NCBI RefSeq assembly: GCF_009914755.1
Contig: NC_060943.1
Direction: 5' to 3' (one strand)
Length of the DNA: 64,000 nucleotides
Origin: the human T2T-CHM13v2.0 reference genome, Homo sapiens
Notes under the pieces: generated by a model
Database searches by the model: none
The model's input: the letters and a program-made list of their open reading frames with translations, nothing else
Told to the model about the DNA's origin: nothing
Position numbers and translations under genes: made by a program
In this document: one piece after another, positions 10,843 through 51,918 of the stretch
How the letters are laid out: every line of letters begins with the position of its first letter
How positions within the stretch are numbered: the stretch's first letter is position 1

Positions 10843-11636
10843 CTGCAGGGCACACTCGCCAGTGAGCCAGGGCACGGTGCTGTGGCCTGCCGGAGCCCCG
10901 CTCCTGCTCCCCGCCTCCAGTGCTGGGCATCCCCCGCCGGAACGTGGCTCATCTGGACCCCTGGGCAGGACTGGAGCAAGGACTCTAGCAAGTACTGAGT
11001 ACTGCCCTGGGTTCTCTAAATCCCAGTGTGGAGCACGGAGGACCTCTTGGCCACTGAATGAGGGTGACTCAGGGTCCTGACCCCTGGGAGGGTCAAGGGT
11101 GATGTGACGGGGCTGCGGGCCTGGAGGAGGGGTCACAGCGAGCTGACCCCAGGGACTGACAGGCAAGCGCCTGCAGCTCCTCAGGGGAGCCAACACCGAC
11201 ACTGCCCAACTACAACTGGGAGGCCTCAAGTCCCTCAGGGTGCCCTGTGCTGACCAGGATGGTCCTGCACTAGACACGACAGAGGACTGCGGACAAAGAA
11301 CATCAACGTAGACTCTCCCATGGGAACCAGCCCTGGAGCGCGGCGAGAAGCAGCCACAAAGCTCAGGCCAGGATCACAGACCACCGGGGCCGCCCCAAGG
11401 GCCAGTGGTCTCCCAGGCAGGCTGAGAGGCCACTCAGGTGCAGTGGGGGGTGGCATGCCACCTACTGGGGCAGGGGGACCTGCCTGCCTGGAAGCCTCCC
11501 CGCTGGCCATGGGTTCCACCTGAACACAGGAGCTTGGCGAAGCACATGAACCCCTGTGACCGCTGCACCCGGGGGTAGAGGACAACACTCTATGGGCGCC
11601 GACCATGTCCCCGTCCCCTTGTCCCCGCAGTCTTAC

Positions 11637-11743
11637 CTCCTGCTGCTCCTTCAGCTGCTTCTTCTGGGCGTCTGAAAGCTCTGTGACGCCCACTAGACCC
11701 ACAGGCTTCCCCTTCTCATAGCCGAGCCCCTTGAGGTCCTGAA
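11637..11743 (-). CDS. SUGP1: SUGP1 exon 9 ([16 protein letters not shown]...EQQE)
   Basis: CAG/GTAAGA; 107 nt. Confidence 0.96.
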
Positions 11744-11974
11744 CTGGAAACCAAAGACACAGGGTAGTCAGAGCCTGACAGGTGCACCCCGATCTCGCTC
11801 CTGCGCTGGGGTGTGCTGTGAGTCTCACACCTTCATGACACTCCAGGCACACGGGGACCTCATATCATTACTGTCAGTGCCACGTGGTACGTGACGGCCT
11901 CGGGGTCCCGCTGTGTGCTGCCACGTGCACCCCCGCATCTTACGTCCTTGTGACCTCTCCAGCCAGGCTCTACG

Positions 11975-12068
11975 CACCACCACATTGCAGATGTGGACAC
12001 CAAGAATCAGAGGTTCCGGGACTCACTCAGGGTCACACAGCTAACGAGTGACAGGGCAGGAATTTGCA
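11975..12068. mobile_element. MIR fragment
   Basis: cagatg.ggacac...cagagg...agggtcacacagcta...ggaatttg. Confidence 0.55.
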
Positions 12069-13381
12069 GAGCCAGAGACAAGAGAGCTGAGACGGCATGT
12101 GGGCAGCATGCATGGGCGCACGCACAAACGGGCTCTCAGAAGGCAGCTCCGTTGCTAACAGACACCAGGTGTAAGCGCGCACAGATTCAGAGTCTGGCGT
12201 AAGACTCAGCTGTGCGACTCCCTTAGCTCCTTCAGGGGAGGCAGCCAACCATCCTCAGAGCAGCTGACATTTAATTTGGCATCAGCTGTGGAACTTGGCA
12301 GGCTCCAGTAACACTGACACATAGAAAGATGCTGCAACAGCCCCATCCGGGTGGCAGAAACCACCACCCCTCGGGCGGTGCGGTGCTTCCCGGGGGAGAA
12401 GGTGAGCAAAGGGGTGCAGCGGGCCCTCTGGGAAGGGAAAAGATTTGGGTCCTTCCAGCTCATCAACACTCGGGCTTTGCCGCTAAGAATGGCCCACATT
12501 TGCACTCTTAGTCCTTCCTTGGTTTACAGGGCACTGAGGGATGTGGGGGAGCCCTGTTGGGGAGACGCAGGAGCCGAAGTCTGAGCATCTGGTTGATTGC
12601 CTTAGAGCATGCCCACAGTCCCTTTCCCCCAGGCCCACTCCACCACATGAGCGGGCGGGTGAGGGCTGCCATGCTCCCTGAGGACATGGATCAGTGGGAC
12701 TTGAACCTGGGCCTCAGACTTTGGAGCCTGTTCTGTCCAACTAAGCCACAGGGCGACTTCTTCACCTGCTGGGTGTCTCAGAGCTGGGGTGTGTGCGCAT
12801 TGAAGCACCCGGATCTAAGCACTAGGGTTCGGCACTTGAGTGACAAACCAATCCTAGGTACCCTCCACCCTGGCTGCAGTTGCTGGCTACAGCCCTGGTA
12901 AGCATAAGAATCTTCATTCAGTAGCTTTTCTCCTTGACCTAGAATCTCTGAGGCCCTTGGGGCCAGGGAGGCACCGAGAAAGCAATCATCCCTGAATTGG
13001 ACGAGCAGGTCCAAGAGGCTGGCCACCCGACCTGGGAAGGCTGTCGCCTTCCCTTTTGGGGTCCTGTCCTCATCTTGCAAACACAGGTGATGGCGCCACA
13101 CAACAGGGCACGTCGGACTCCTCCATGCACCTGTGTGTTGAGCGCCAGTGAAGGTGGAGTGAGGGGGTGATGTTTCTGCTCCACAGTGCAGGCTGCATAG
13201 CTGCATAGTGGGGCACCATATGACATGAGATAGTGGGTGTCAGTCACTGATTATCATCTGCAGAATGCAATGACAAGAGACCACCCCCCAACCCTTGTAG
13301 GTTTGGTAAGAAAATGAGAGACCAGGCCATAGGCTGGCCCTCCCCGAAATTGCTGCTAAGAAGGGAGAGGTGAAAAGGTGA

Positions 13382-13910
<529 letters not shown>

Positions 13911-13940
13911 AGACTCAATTCAGACCCAAAGACACAAATA

Positions 13941-20770
<6,830 letters not shown>

Positions 20771-20771
20771 G

Positions 20772-28410
<7,639 letters not shown>

Positions 28411-28444
28411 TTCCAACACAGGGAGGGGGAGAGGGTCTGCCCAC

Positions 28445-28800
28445 CTGACAGAGGCGAGGGAGAGGCATCCACGTCCCTCTGCACCAGTTCAGCAGGTGGG
28501 AGCTCTACCTTATCCTCTTCAGGCCCCCACCGGCTCTTCCGCTTCCTCTTCACGGTGGCTGCGGAGGCTGGCTTCCCGGGGGCAGCTGGAGCAGGGATGA
28601 TAGTGGGCGCAGGCGTGGACGAGGCGGGGCAGGTGGTGGCTGGGGGTAAGGACCCTGACAGGGCCTCAGGAGGGGACTTGCGCTTCAGGCCGGGATCAGG
28701 TGCTGTGAAGCTGCCTGTGGAGCTGGCCTTGGCTTTCCGGAACTCCTCCAGCTTCTGTCGGTAGTACTTGTACCCTTGGCTATTGGGCTCATACAGAAAG
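28445..28800 (-). CDS. SUGP1: SUGP1 exon 8 (end of SURP2, Pro-rich linker, [14 protein letters not shown] motif)
   Basis: CAG/GTGGGC; 356 nt; ORF 28221-28907 contains it. Confidence 0.96.
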
Positions 28801-29667
28801 CTGCAAAGGAGAGTTGGGGGGTGCAGTGTCAGCTGGGCCCGAGGCCCTGTCCCTGATTCTGGGCAGGAGCAGTTCTGGCCTTGTGTGCCCACGTTGGCCA
28901 GGGTCACTATATGGTCATGTCATAGTCACGGTCTCCACCATGACCTCCTGCCCTGCCAGGCCTCCTGGCAGTGACTGCTGGTTCTGGTGGCCCGATGCCC
29001 TTCCTTTGAACTGAGTCACTCCAATCCTCACCCTGTCTTTATCAGGCACCCATCACACTGTCATTGTTCACCCTGCTACAAAGGGAAAGGGCAGGGACCC
29101 TCAGACCCTTCCCCAGGGCCTGGGAAAAGTGAGACATTCACACCAAAAAATCTCAGATTGTGGGGAGACACCAGACACGAGACAGGGCAGAGGGACTTGT
29201 CTTGATCCCAAGGGCTTCTCAAATGCATCTTTGAGACAATGAACATCAGAACGGACCAAGGAGCTGATTTCTACCCCACGTGGGGGCAGGCAGCCTCAGG
29301 GAAGTGTGGCTTCCAGTGAGGCTGGGAGCACAGGTCTTCTCTGTCCCTACCCAGCCTGAGGAGCACAGCAGGTGGCGCTGGGTTCAGAGCCATGTTCCGC
29401 ACCTACTGGCGCCTCTCGGACCGTACACATCCCCAGTCCACAGGACTGTCTTTGGGGTCTATGCCAAAAGGGAGAGTCTTGGCCCAGCTCCACATGGCAG
29501 AACACGGGAGAGAACTGAATGCATGTACAGCCCTGAAAGCATGTTACAGTGCTGAACAAGATGGGGCTGGACCTGCACTTGTGAATCTGGAGGGATGGTC
29601 ATAGCACCAAGGCGTGCAACTAATGTGAATTAAAGGGTCAAGGATGCTGTGAAGTCCCTTTGTGTTA

Positions 29668-31831
<2,164 letters not shown>

Positions 31832-33720
31832 TCCAGCTTCTTTATAGCCATGCAGTTGGTTACAAATTGTTTCCCAAAGTGGCTGGGGTATGCCTGGCCC
31901 ACAGGCGTGACAGGGAAGGGCCAGGAGTGGCCACATGAGGCGGCTGTTAGATTTGGGGGTGAGGGGAGGTCTGCCAACCATGTGGGTCTAACTAGCATTT
32001 CTGTGCTTTGGGGCTGCCTCACAGCTGACCCTGCATGGAGATTAAACACAGGAGCAAACCTGCACACCCTGCAGGGGCTTGAATACCTGGTCGTCCCCCC
32101 GACCCACCCAGTTCTTTCCTGGTCCGGCTCTGGCTCTGCAGTGAGTGCGGAAATGAGCTCCCTTCAGCCTCGTCTCCTCTGGCTGCCCGGGGTACCCACC
32201 CCAGGCGACCTCAACCAGCCTGGCCTCCCCGACAGCCACACCTGACAAGCTGGGCGCCTGTCAGCAACACCCCAGAACAGAAAGGACACACAGGAGGGCC
32301 GGGGCCACCTGCACCAATAGCATCTCTCAGTTCTGACATCAGGGGTGAGGCTGGGCTGCAGCGGCTGGGCCCTGGACCCCTCTGACCAAGCAGAGCCACC
32401 GGGCTCTGGGCCTTGGACAGAATTCCATATCCTTGCCTGCTTCTCCTTTGAAAGGGTTCCACAGTCAGTGTCTACCTACAATGACAGCAAACTAGGTTTC
32501 TTATTTATATAGCCTTAATCAGGCAAATGAAGGAAAGACATGATGACTTGGAGTGGACTAGTGATCCAACCCTGAGGTGTGGTCAACAACTCAATGATCC
32601 CCAGGGCCAGTCTGACATTCAGGACACCTGTCGGGGGGGCCTCCAGTCCCAGGCAGATCCATCTCCTGAACTCCAGGCCTAAACAATCCACGGCCCCAAC
32701 ACAGGCTCCTGGACACACAGGTACCAGACTGGGGCACACCTGAATCCCAAGCAGCCCCTCTCCCCGTCCCCATTCACTGGGTCAGCTGAGCCTTGACCCT
32801 CCCTGTTCCCAGCCCCCATGTTCCCTCAGTCCCACCTCCCAATGGTGGCCCACTGCCCTCGTCTGCCTGGACCTGGCCTGGCCATGTCTGCCCACCCTCC
32901 ACGACCTTGGCCAGTGACCACAGAAGCACAGTTGCCCCATCTGTGATGAAGTCTAGGGCTGCTGAATCAACCAGCCCAGACAGCTGCTGCCCCAGGACTG
33001 TCATGTGCTGTCACACCTCCTCACTGATTGAGTCGGGGCTTGTGTAACCTGGGGCCAGGCGTGTGCTCACGGGCATGTCACCCTCACATCCCCCAGGCAC
33101 CCACCCGCCTCCCCGGGCACAGAGCAAGTGCCAAACCCACCCAATGAATGGATGAGCCAGTGAACACAGACCCAGCCACTGGGGCTAGGGTACGACCGCA
33201 TGGCCGGGGATGGCAGGGAGGCTAGGCTGCTTGTCACACACCCACCCTTCTGTGGAACTCGCACACAGGCTGGGTGTTCCCCCTCCACAGATCCTAAAGT
33301 TCCCCATTCCCTGCCATTTCCCTCATCATAAAGGGGAGACCCTGAGAACGTACACAACATAAACTGAACAGTACTGTGAATTTCCACTTGAGAGCCTGAC
33401 TTGCCCCCGGCCAAGGGCTGCTGTGTGTCCCAAAGGCAACTGGGCAAGTGCTAGAGACTTTCTCCATGAGGCACCTGAAAGACACAAAGGCCCCAAAGGC
33501 CCCGTGCACCTGCCTCAGAGACTACCCAGGGGTGCTGGTGTGTGCGTGGGACATGCCTGTGGGGAGGCAGAGCTGGGCTCTGGGGTCAGAGACTCTTGGA
33601 CCTGCCAGCTTCTCACAGTGGGACCCCAGCAGGTGGCTGGACTATGCTGATCCAGTGTCCTCCCCTGCAGGGGGACTGTGGCCAGGGTGACGGTCACCTC
33701 CCTGGCAGGGCCCCCCTTAC

Positions 33721-33844
33721 CTGAATGCCTGGTTCTCACGGTTGTTCTGGAGGGCAATGGTTTCCACCTCGGGACCCCCGTCCGCTATGAACCTGGCCAA
33801 CTTTTCTGCAAGGTTCTTGACCTCTTCGTCCTCTGGGGGTGAAA
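33721..33844 (-). CDS. SUGP1: SUGP1 exon 7 (SURP2 N-half, [28 protein letters not shown]...; R290 = CGT)
   Basis: AAG/GTAAGG; 124 nt; SURP motif KLARF..GGPE.E. Confidence 0.96.
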
Positions 33845-34803
33845 CTTTAAGCAGGCTGTCAGTACTGGGCTCAACTCACCACACCCAACAGCCTAATTTC
33901 TGCTAAGAACCCCAAGGGCAACAAGTGGGGTTTGTTTTAGGAATGATGCAAAGAGAAACAGGCAAATGGGAATCAGATTACTACACTGGGACCAGATGCC
34001 AGAATTCATAACACACCTCAAGCCCCCACCCCCGACCCCCGCCCCGTCCCACAAGGGAGGTCAAGAGGGCCTGGGACATGAGCCAGGACAAAGGATCCAA
34101 ATGTGACTGCGGGTCTGGGTAGGGCAGGAAGGCAGATGGGAGCACCCCAGGTCACATGGTTAGGGGGTGCTGTTGGGCCTCCTCTCCTGGGGAGAGGCTC
34201 AGGGCACAGGGCCACAGGGAACACAAGGAACAAACCTCTGCAGCCTGCGCTTGGCCTGAACATCAATTCCACCCCACCAACCCACCAGCACTTGGCTGGG
34301 ATTTTATGTCATTGCAGTCAAAGACCAGCCAGTATTTCCCCTTCCCCTGAAATTCATCCCATCAGAATTGCACCAGCTGACAGTGTCTGTCCCCCAGGCC
34401 CTCGGCCCTACACTACACTTGCCTTGCCCTGTCCTCAGTGCCCAGGAGGAAGCTGGGGCTCATCAACACTTGTTAATGTAACAAAGAACCAACAAGCAAA
34501 AGCCCCCTCTACCTAGGGTACTGCCCTGAACCGCTCTCCCAGAAGCGACCTCGACCTCCATGAGCTCCCGTCTACCCCACAATGTGGCCTGACACTCAGG
34601 CTTCACCAGGTCCTTGGAGCACTGAGGGGGAAGGTGGTGTCAGACCCATTCCCAGAGTGACCCCAGATGCCTGGGAGAATACAGGCCTCAACCACCGGTG
34701 CCACACAGTGCCACTCCAGCACCTCCAGGAACCCCGATTCCGCATTGGGGCACGGTATGTCCACAGGCCTCCCCAGAATCTCCCACCCGCTCCGTCCACC
34801 TAC

Positions 34804-34904
34804 CTTTCTGAGAGGCTGCCTGCGACTTCTGTGCTTCCTTTCTTATCTCAGCCACCTTCTTCCTGTAGTAGAGGAATTCCCTGCTATTCTTATCGTGCAA
34901 AAAT
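34804..34904 (-). CDS. SUGP1: SUGP1 exon 6 (SURP1 C-half, [17 protein letters not shown]...)
   Basis: CAG/GTAGGT; 101 nt. Confidence 0.96.
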
Positions 34905-35179
34905 CTGGAGAGGAGGAAGTTTGCAGAAGAGAGGGGAAAATAAGTATCTGTGACAGGCATATCCCTGCAGCTTCTATCGTGCAAAAAAAGGCAGGCTGGC
35001 GAGCAGGGACCCGAAAGCAAGTCTCCGTGCCACATGGGAGCCACTTGTCACTTCTGGTGAGAATCAGAAAACGCTTGGAACAGCATCCGGCCCACACTAG
35101 CAAGCACCCAGCCCCACACGTGCGACTGTGCAGCAAACGCATTCAACAGCACAGCCTTCCCTTCCCCGGAGATACTCAC

Positions 35180-35303
35180 GCAAATGCTGGGTTATCCTTG
35201 TAGTCCTCCATAGCTACTTTTTCTAACTCGGGGCCTCCTTCTGCCACAAAGCGGGCCAATTTCTCTATCACTTTCCGAGTCTCGGCTCCCTCTGGGGGTG
35301 AAA
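35180..35303 (-). CDS. SUGP1: SUGP1 exon 5 (SURP1 N-half, [28 protein letters not shown]...)
   Basis: AAG/GTGAGT; 124 nt. Confidence 0.96.
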
Positions 35304-35589
35304 CTTTAAGGAGGCTGTCAGTACTGGGGTTCAACTCACACACCCCACAGTCAATAGGCACACTCTCTCTATGGACCACAACGACAGAGGGGGTGGGGGG
35401 AGAAGAGTGTGAGATGCAGGAGGCTGTCGGGCGTCCCGAGTCCAGGCACAAAACACCATGACGAGGGGGGAGTCGGTCTCACTGTCTTGGTGAGACACAC
35501 TAGGTGGGAGAGAAGTGTGTGAGGCTGTGGTGAGCTCCAGGCTGGAAGCTAGCAGAAAATATATCCAGCTTCCCCTGGTTTTGGTGGGG

Positions 35590-36040
35590 GAAATGCTTAA
35601 TTCTTTTCTTTCTTTACCAGTTTTCAGCATAATACATCGGTTCCCTTTCATCCTTCAAAGATGACACGTTCTTTTTTAAAAAATACCATTATGAGCTCTG
35701 ATTTAAACACACTGGGTGGGTTTCGATCCATGGCAACTAGTGTCATCATAGAAGCTCTGCGGCCGGTGGAACCTCTTCAAGCTGGCTCCTGAGGGCTCTG
35801 GACATGGCCCCAGGAGTCTCTGATGGCCTCCTTGCCATCTGCCAGGACAGGCGCTCCAAGATCATCTCATACACTTCCTGCCCAGACCCAGAGCCAGCCA
35901 CTTCTCCAAGAAGTCGGTTTCCATGAGAAACTGCATCTCCAGACCAGCATCTGGGAGCTAGGGATGCTCAATGCCACAGGCTTAATCATTATTTCGGGGC
36001 CTTTTCAGTGAACAGAGCTATAAAGATATATTTTTATATA
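35590..36040 (-). mobile_element. Old L1M (L1MC/MD-like) 3' fragment
   Basis: ttcaagctggctcctg...acttcctgcccagac...gccacttctccaag resembles L1MC 3' consensus. Confidence 0.5.
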
Positions 36041-37304
36041 CGGATTAGCCTCCCCACTGAGCCATGTGGAACTTGCTTTTGCATTTTTCCCTTGGCCTGT
36101 TTCTGAGGCTGTGAGTTTGTCAGCTACTACACAGACTGCAGTCCTTGTAGGAGATGCACAAGAGAAATTTCTCGCTGCCAGCAAGTGCCTGGCAACTGGG
36201 CAACATGCCAGACCTGTGGCTAATCTTATTCCCCTTGTTGCTTGGGCTGCTGGGAATGGGGGAGAGGTGGGGAGTGTGTAGCCCAACGAGGGCCCCTGTG
36301 AGGTCCCGAGAGCATTCCGTGACTGTCTTTCACCCTAGGTCGCCCTCCTGCCATGGGCCCAGCAACAATCCTGACCTGGTTGCTGTTTACAGGAACAGGT
36401 GCGTTTCTGAGGCCATGCAGACAGTGGGTCATAATGGGCTTCAAGGGCCCCGAGATGGCCAATACCCCTTGTAATGCAGCAGTTCCCAACAGGGTACCCT
36501 TGGAGCTGCTGGGGCACCCCTTTAAGGAAAGGACACACGCCAGCTCCATTCTAATGGCCCGGGGGCCAAGCTGGCCTCTGATCCGCTCGGACACACAGCC
36601 AGAAGCAAGGGATCTCAAGGCTGTCATGGCACAACTCCACAGTCGCTTCAGTCTGTGCTGTCAGGGTGATGTGACCTCACCGGCTAGCCCTTCACACAGT
36701 TCAGGTGTCACAGGGACTCGTCCTGAATGTGGACAGGGCTGGACTTGCTGGCAATGCTGTCACCACAGCCACCCCCCTTTGCCCTCCTACACTGGGCGGT
36801 CTGGACAAGCTCACCCGTGACCAGTGACCGTCCTTTCCCAGGGATAGAAGAGAGCACCCTCCAACCTGCAGCTCATACCTCTGGCCTAAACTCAGGGGAC
36901 AGGTAACCCATGGTGAGGGGCAGTGCTTTGGGGCCTCAAGGGCTCAGCGGAAGAGCCTTAGAAGCTCCTCCTAGAAGGGATGTGAGGATGCCCTTTTGGA
37001 GCAAATGCGAGAAGGGCGTGCGCCCCTGCCTTGGCTGGGATGAGCCGCTGTGTGAGTGGAAGATGGATCCCGCTGCTCCCAAGATGAAGCCCACGCGCTG
37101 ATGCCCAGCAACACCCCAGCCCCGCCCCTCACCCTCCTTTGCTCTCCTCACCTCAGAGGGCCTGAGGCTCAGCTCAGAGGTCTGGTGGCTGCAACTCAGC
37201 CGAAAGCACCCATGCCCCTGGCAGCACTTGCCCTGCCCACCACAGATCCCACCTGCTAGAGCACGGGCACTGGTGGTGGGGGAGCAGCAGCTCCCACAAC
37301 TTAC

Positions 37305-37532
37305 CTTTGATCTCCAGCCACTGCTCATAGTCCTCCTCCTCGTCCTCGTCAGGGGACTGGAAGACACTCGGGCGGTGCGCCACGGGCAGCTGCTTGGCGT
37401 GGGAGTAGCTCTTCACAGGGCCCGGCAGGCTGGCCAGCCCCAGGCCTGTCCGCCTGCTGATGAGCAGGGACCTCTTCCCAGCGCTGGGGGTGGGTGTGCT
37501 GGGAGGGGCGCTGGGCGCACTGGTCGGGGCGT
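37305..37532 (-). CDS. SUGP1: SUGP1 exon 4 (DAPTSAPS...[15 protein letters not shown])
   Basis: CAG/GTAAGT; 228 nt. Confidence 0.96.
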
Positions 37533-38505
37533 CTGGTATAGAAGGAAGGATATGCGCACTCGGGATCTGCAGGGCACCTCTCCCGGCTTCCGACCTAACC
37601 TAGGTGCTGTGGGCCCCGGGGGAGCTGGGTCCTTGACTTCCAGAACTCAGGGGCTCAGAGGAGGCCACCCTGATTTTACAGATGGGGACAGTGAGGCAAA
37701 GAGCAAAAGGACTCGTTGTGGTCCCCCAGCCAGAAAAGCAGCAGCCTGGGGCTCTGAAGTGGGCCGCTGTGGCTGGAGGCATCTCGGTCGCGCTGCACCC
37801 ACAGACTGGGGACAGTTCTGGGGACAGAACGTCAGTTCTGCCGGGTAAGACCCGAGTCCCCGAATCCCAGTTTACAACCATTCCCTTGGAGGTCTGTGGC
37901 CAGGCTGACTGGCCAGGGGCCAGCCTACTGGGTGTTCTCAGCCTGACACCTGATGGGGAAGGGACTCAAACCAGCCTTCCTCATTCTAGGATGAATTTGG
38001 CCTTGGGTTAACTTTTCTTAGCTGTTCCCTGGGAAACCTGACAGAGGTCGAAGACCAGCTGTCTCACCAGCAACAATGGGCTCTGGTCGGTAAACCCCAA
38101 AATCAGAGACATGGGCAGAAGCTCCACGGGTGACGATTTACCCACCTGGCATATCACACTGCACACCTGTAGGCGACCAACCTACAGACAGGGGTCCCAT
38201 TCCTTGCACAGGCATTGCTGCCCACTGGAGAAGGCCGGGAATCCCCTGGGGCACTGACAAGGGGGCCAGGTGAGGACCTGGAGACCAGCCATTCTAGCCC
38301 ACACTTTGGTGTCCAGAGGACCTACAGTGCAGAAGCACCCACAGCAAGGCAGGGGATGGGGCAAGGCTGGTGTGTGACAGCTTCAGGAAGAGCCCTGAGT
38401 CTGGTGGGGAGCAGCATCATGAAATTGGCCAGCTCACCACCCTGAGAGCAGGACTAGGGCCCCCGGATCATGAAAGATGCTGGCTCTGCACTTGGGGACC
38501 TCATC

Positions 38506-41381
<2,876 letters not shown>

Positions 41382-41552
41382 TTATGTATTATTTATTTAT
41401 TTATGCCTTTGGTGCACGCATGGGTGGAATGAGGGCGATCTATGATTACCGGTGAGCAGGAGTCTGAGGTGGGACCCATCACTTCCCATGTGCCCAGCAA
41501 CCCCAGGGGGAGATGCAAGGACAGCACAAGGAAAGGGGAGGCCTACACTCAC

Positions 41553-41656
41553 CTGTGCTGGTCTGTGCCTTCTGCAACTTCAGAAACTGCTGCAAGAAGC
41601 TACCATCGTTGGCAAACTTGTTGGAAATGCAGGAAGAGTTGTGTGCATTTGTGATT
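41553..41656 (-). CDS. SUGP1: SUGP1 exon 3 ([34 protein letters not shown])
   Basis: TAG/GTGAGT; 104 nt; N.F.NDGSFL..F motif. Confidence 0.96.
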
Positions 41657-42119
41657 CTAGAACCAAGACAGAGGACAGAGAGGGTGAGCTGGCTAGAGAT
41701 GGAGTGAGGGCACCAGAGGACGAGGATGAGGATGAGGCCATCACCTCGTCCATCATGGCCCCTAACTCACCCCAGCACTCTCACCTACTGGGACCCCAAA
41801 CTGGCCCCCAGAGATTTCAAGAGACTACTGCGAAGTGCGCACAGCAGGCTTCAGTACGGTAAGCTGGGAACAATCTTGTTCTGATAAAAGCAATACTCCA
41901 TGTATTATCTCTGCCTGAATATTAACCCTCCAGGTCCAAATGGCCCTCCAACAAGATGGCTCCTGCTCTCTCTGCACAGCACCTGTCCTCCCTTGCTAGT
42001 TGATTATCTGGGTTGTTACTGACTCATGTCTGTCCTCCTGCTAGACCTTAGAGTTTTCCAAGGCAGGGCCTACATGTCTCTCTCTCTCTGTCTCTCTCCC
42101 TCTCTATCTATCTATCCGA

Positions 42120-47585
<5,466 letters not shown>

Positions 47586-47877
47586 AACTCAAGGCAGAGA
47601 TTTTTACTCTGTTATACCCCTTCCCTCTGCACCACAGCTGGCTGGCAGTAAATAACTGCTGAGTGGATGAGTTGGCAGGCTGTCCTCTGGGCTTCCACAT
47701 ACCCCTCATTTCTCTCTTGCCACAGTGAGCCTCCCAAGGGCATCTGGGTCATTCCTTGGATCATCAGGCTATGGCTGGGTGCAAGCACATGCTGACTGCC
47801 CTCACAAGCCAAACCCTGTGCTGGTGACCCTCAAAGACTCACATCCAGGCCCCATCCAGGCCCCAGCAGGCACTTAC

Positions 47878-48049
47878 TCGCCAGGATGTGGGGGCTGAGG
47901 GCTGGCCACCTGATTCTGCTTGGCTTTCTGTTCCATTTTGGCTTCAATTTCCCGTTTCTTCTGAGCGATGAGCTCTTCCTGGTGAAGGATGTTCATGTTC
48001 ATTTTTCCAGATTTAGGGGGAGCAACCCCAAACCACCGGTTAGCCTTTC
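47878..48049 (-). CDS. SUGP1: SUGP1 exon 2 ([16 protein letters not shown]...PPHPGE)
   Basis: CAG/GTAAGT; 172 nt. Confidence 0.96.
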
Positions 48050-48149
48050 CTGGGGAGGGAAAAGGAGTACGTCGGAAATCACCCTTACTCCACAAACACC
48101 CCAAGAAGCTGTGACAGGCCAGAGAGCAACTGATGTTCAGATTAATTTA

Positions 48150-51440
<3,291 letters not shown>

Positions 51441-51918
51441 TTCTGGGGAAGCAGAAAGGCCAAGGCTTGCAGCAAAGTGAGGGTCAAAAGACGCGGGAAA
51501 GTGTGTCAAGGGAGCCTCAAAGCACTTCGGAAAAGCAGCTTTTCCAGAAAGCGGGACACAGGCCAGAGGCCAGCTGCGACGAAAAGAGGGGTGCAGGGAC
51601 AGCCCAAGGTTGTCGCCGTATTGGGGAACGGAGGTTGGAGCAGCCCTGAAGGCGGTTGTTTCGGAAACGGGACGCAGGGCCGAGCCGGGTGGCGGCCTCT
51701 ACGGAGATCCGTGCGTCCTCAGCAAACCAAGCGGGGGCGGCCAGCAACCTGGGTCTGGGGTCTCGAGAAACCAAGAGGTGCAGAAGCCGACGCTGTGGGC
51801 TGCCCCGGGGCTGAAGCGAGGGATCCACGGGTCGCAGCAGGACGGACCCGAGGAGTCAGGGGAGACACCTAGCCCCAGGGACCCAGGCGGCCGCCTGAGA
51901 GGAGGCGGGGGCTGTTAC

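Noticed and set aside
35304-35312. TCCTTAAAG at the exon 5 acceptor resembling a U12 branch site (TCCTTAAC)
   Set aside because: It overlaps the acceptor itself, the exon 7 copy has TGCTTAAAG, and the upstream donors are GTAAGT/GTAGGT (U2-type), not GTATCC
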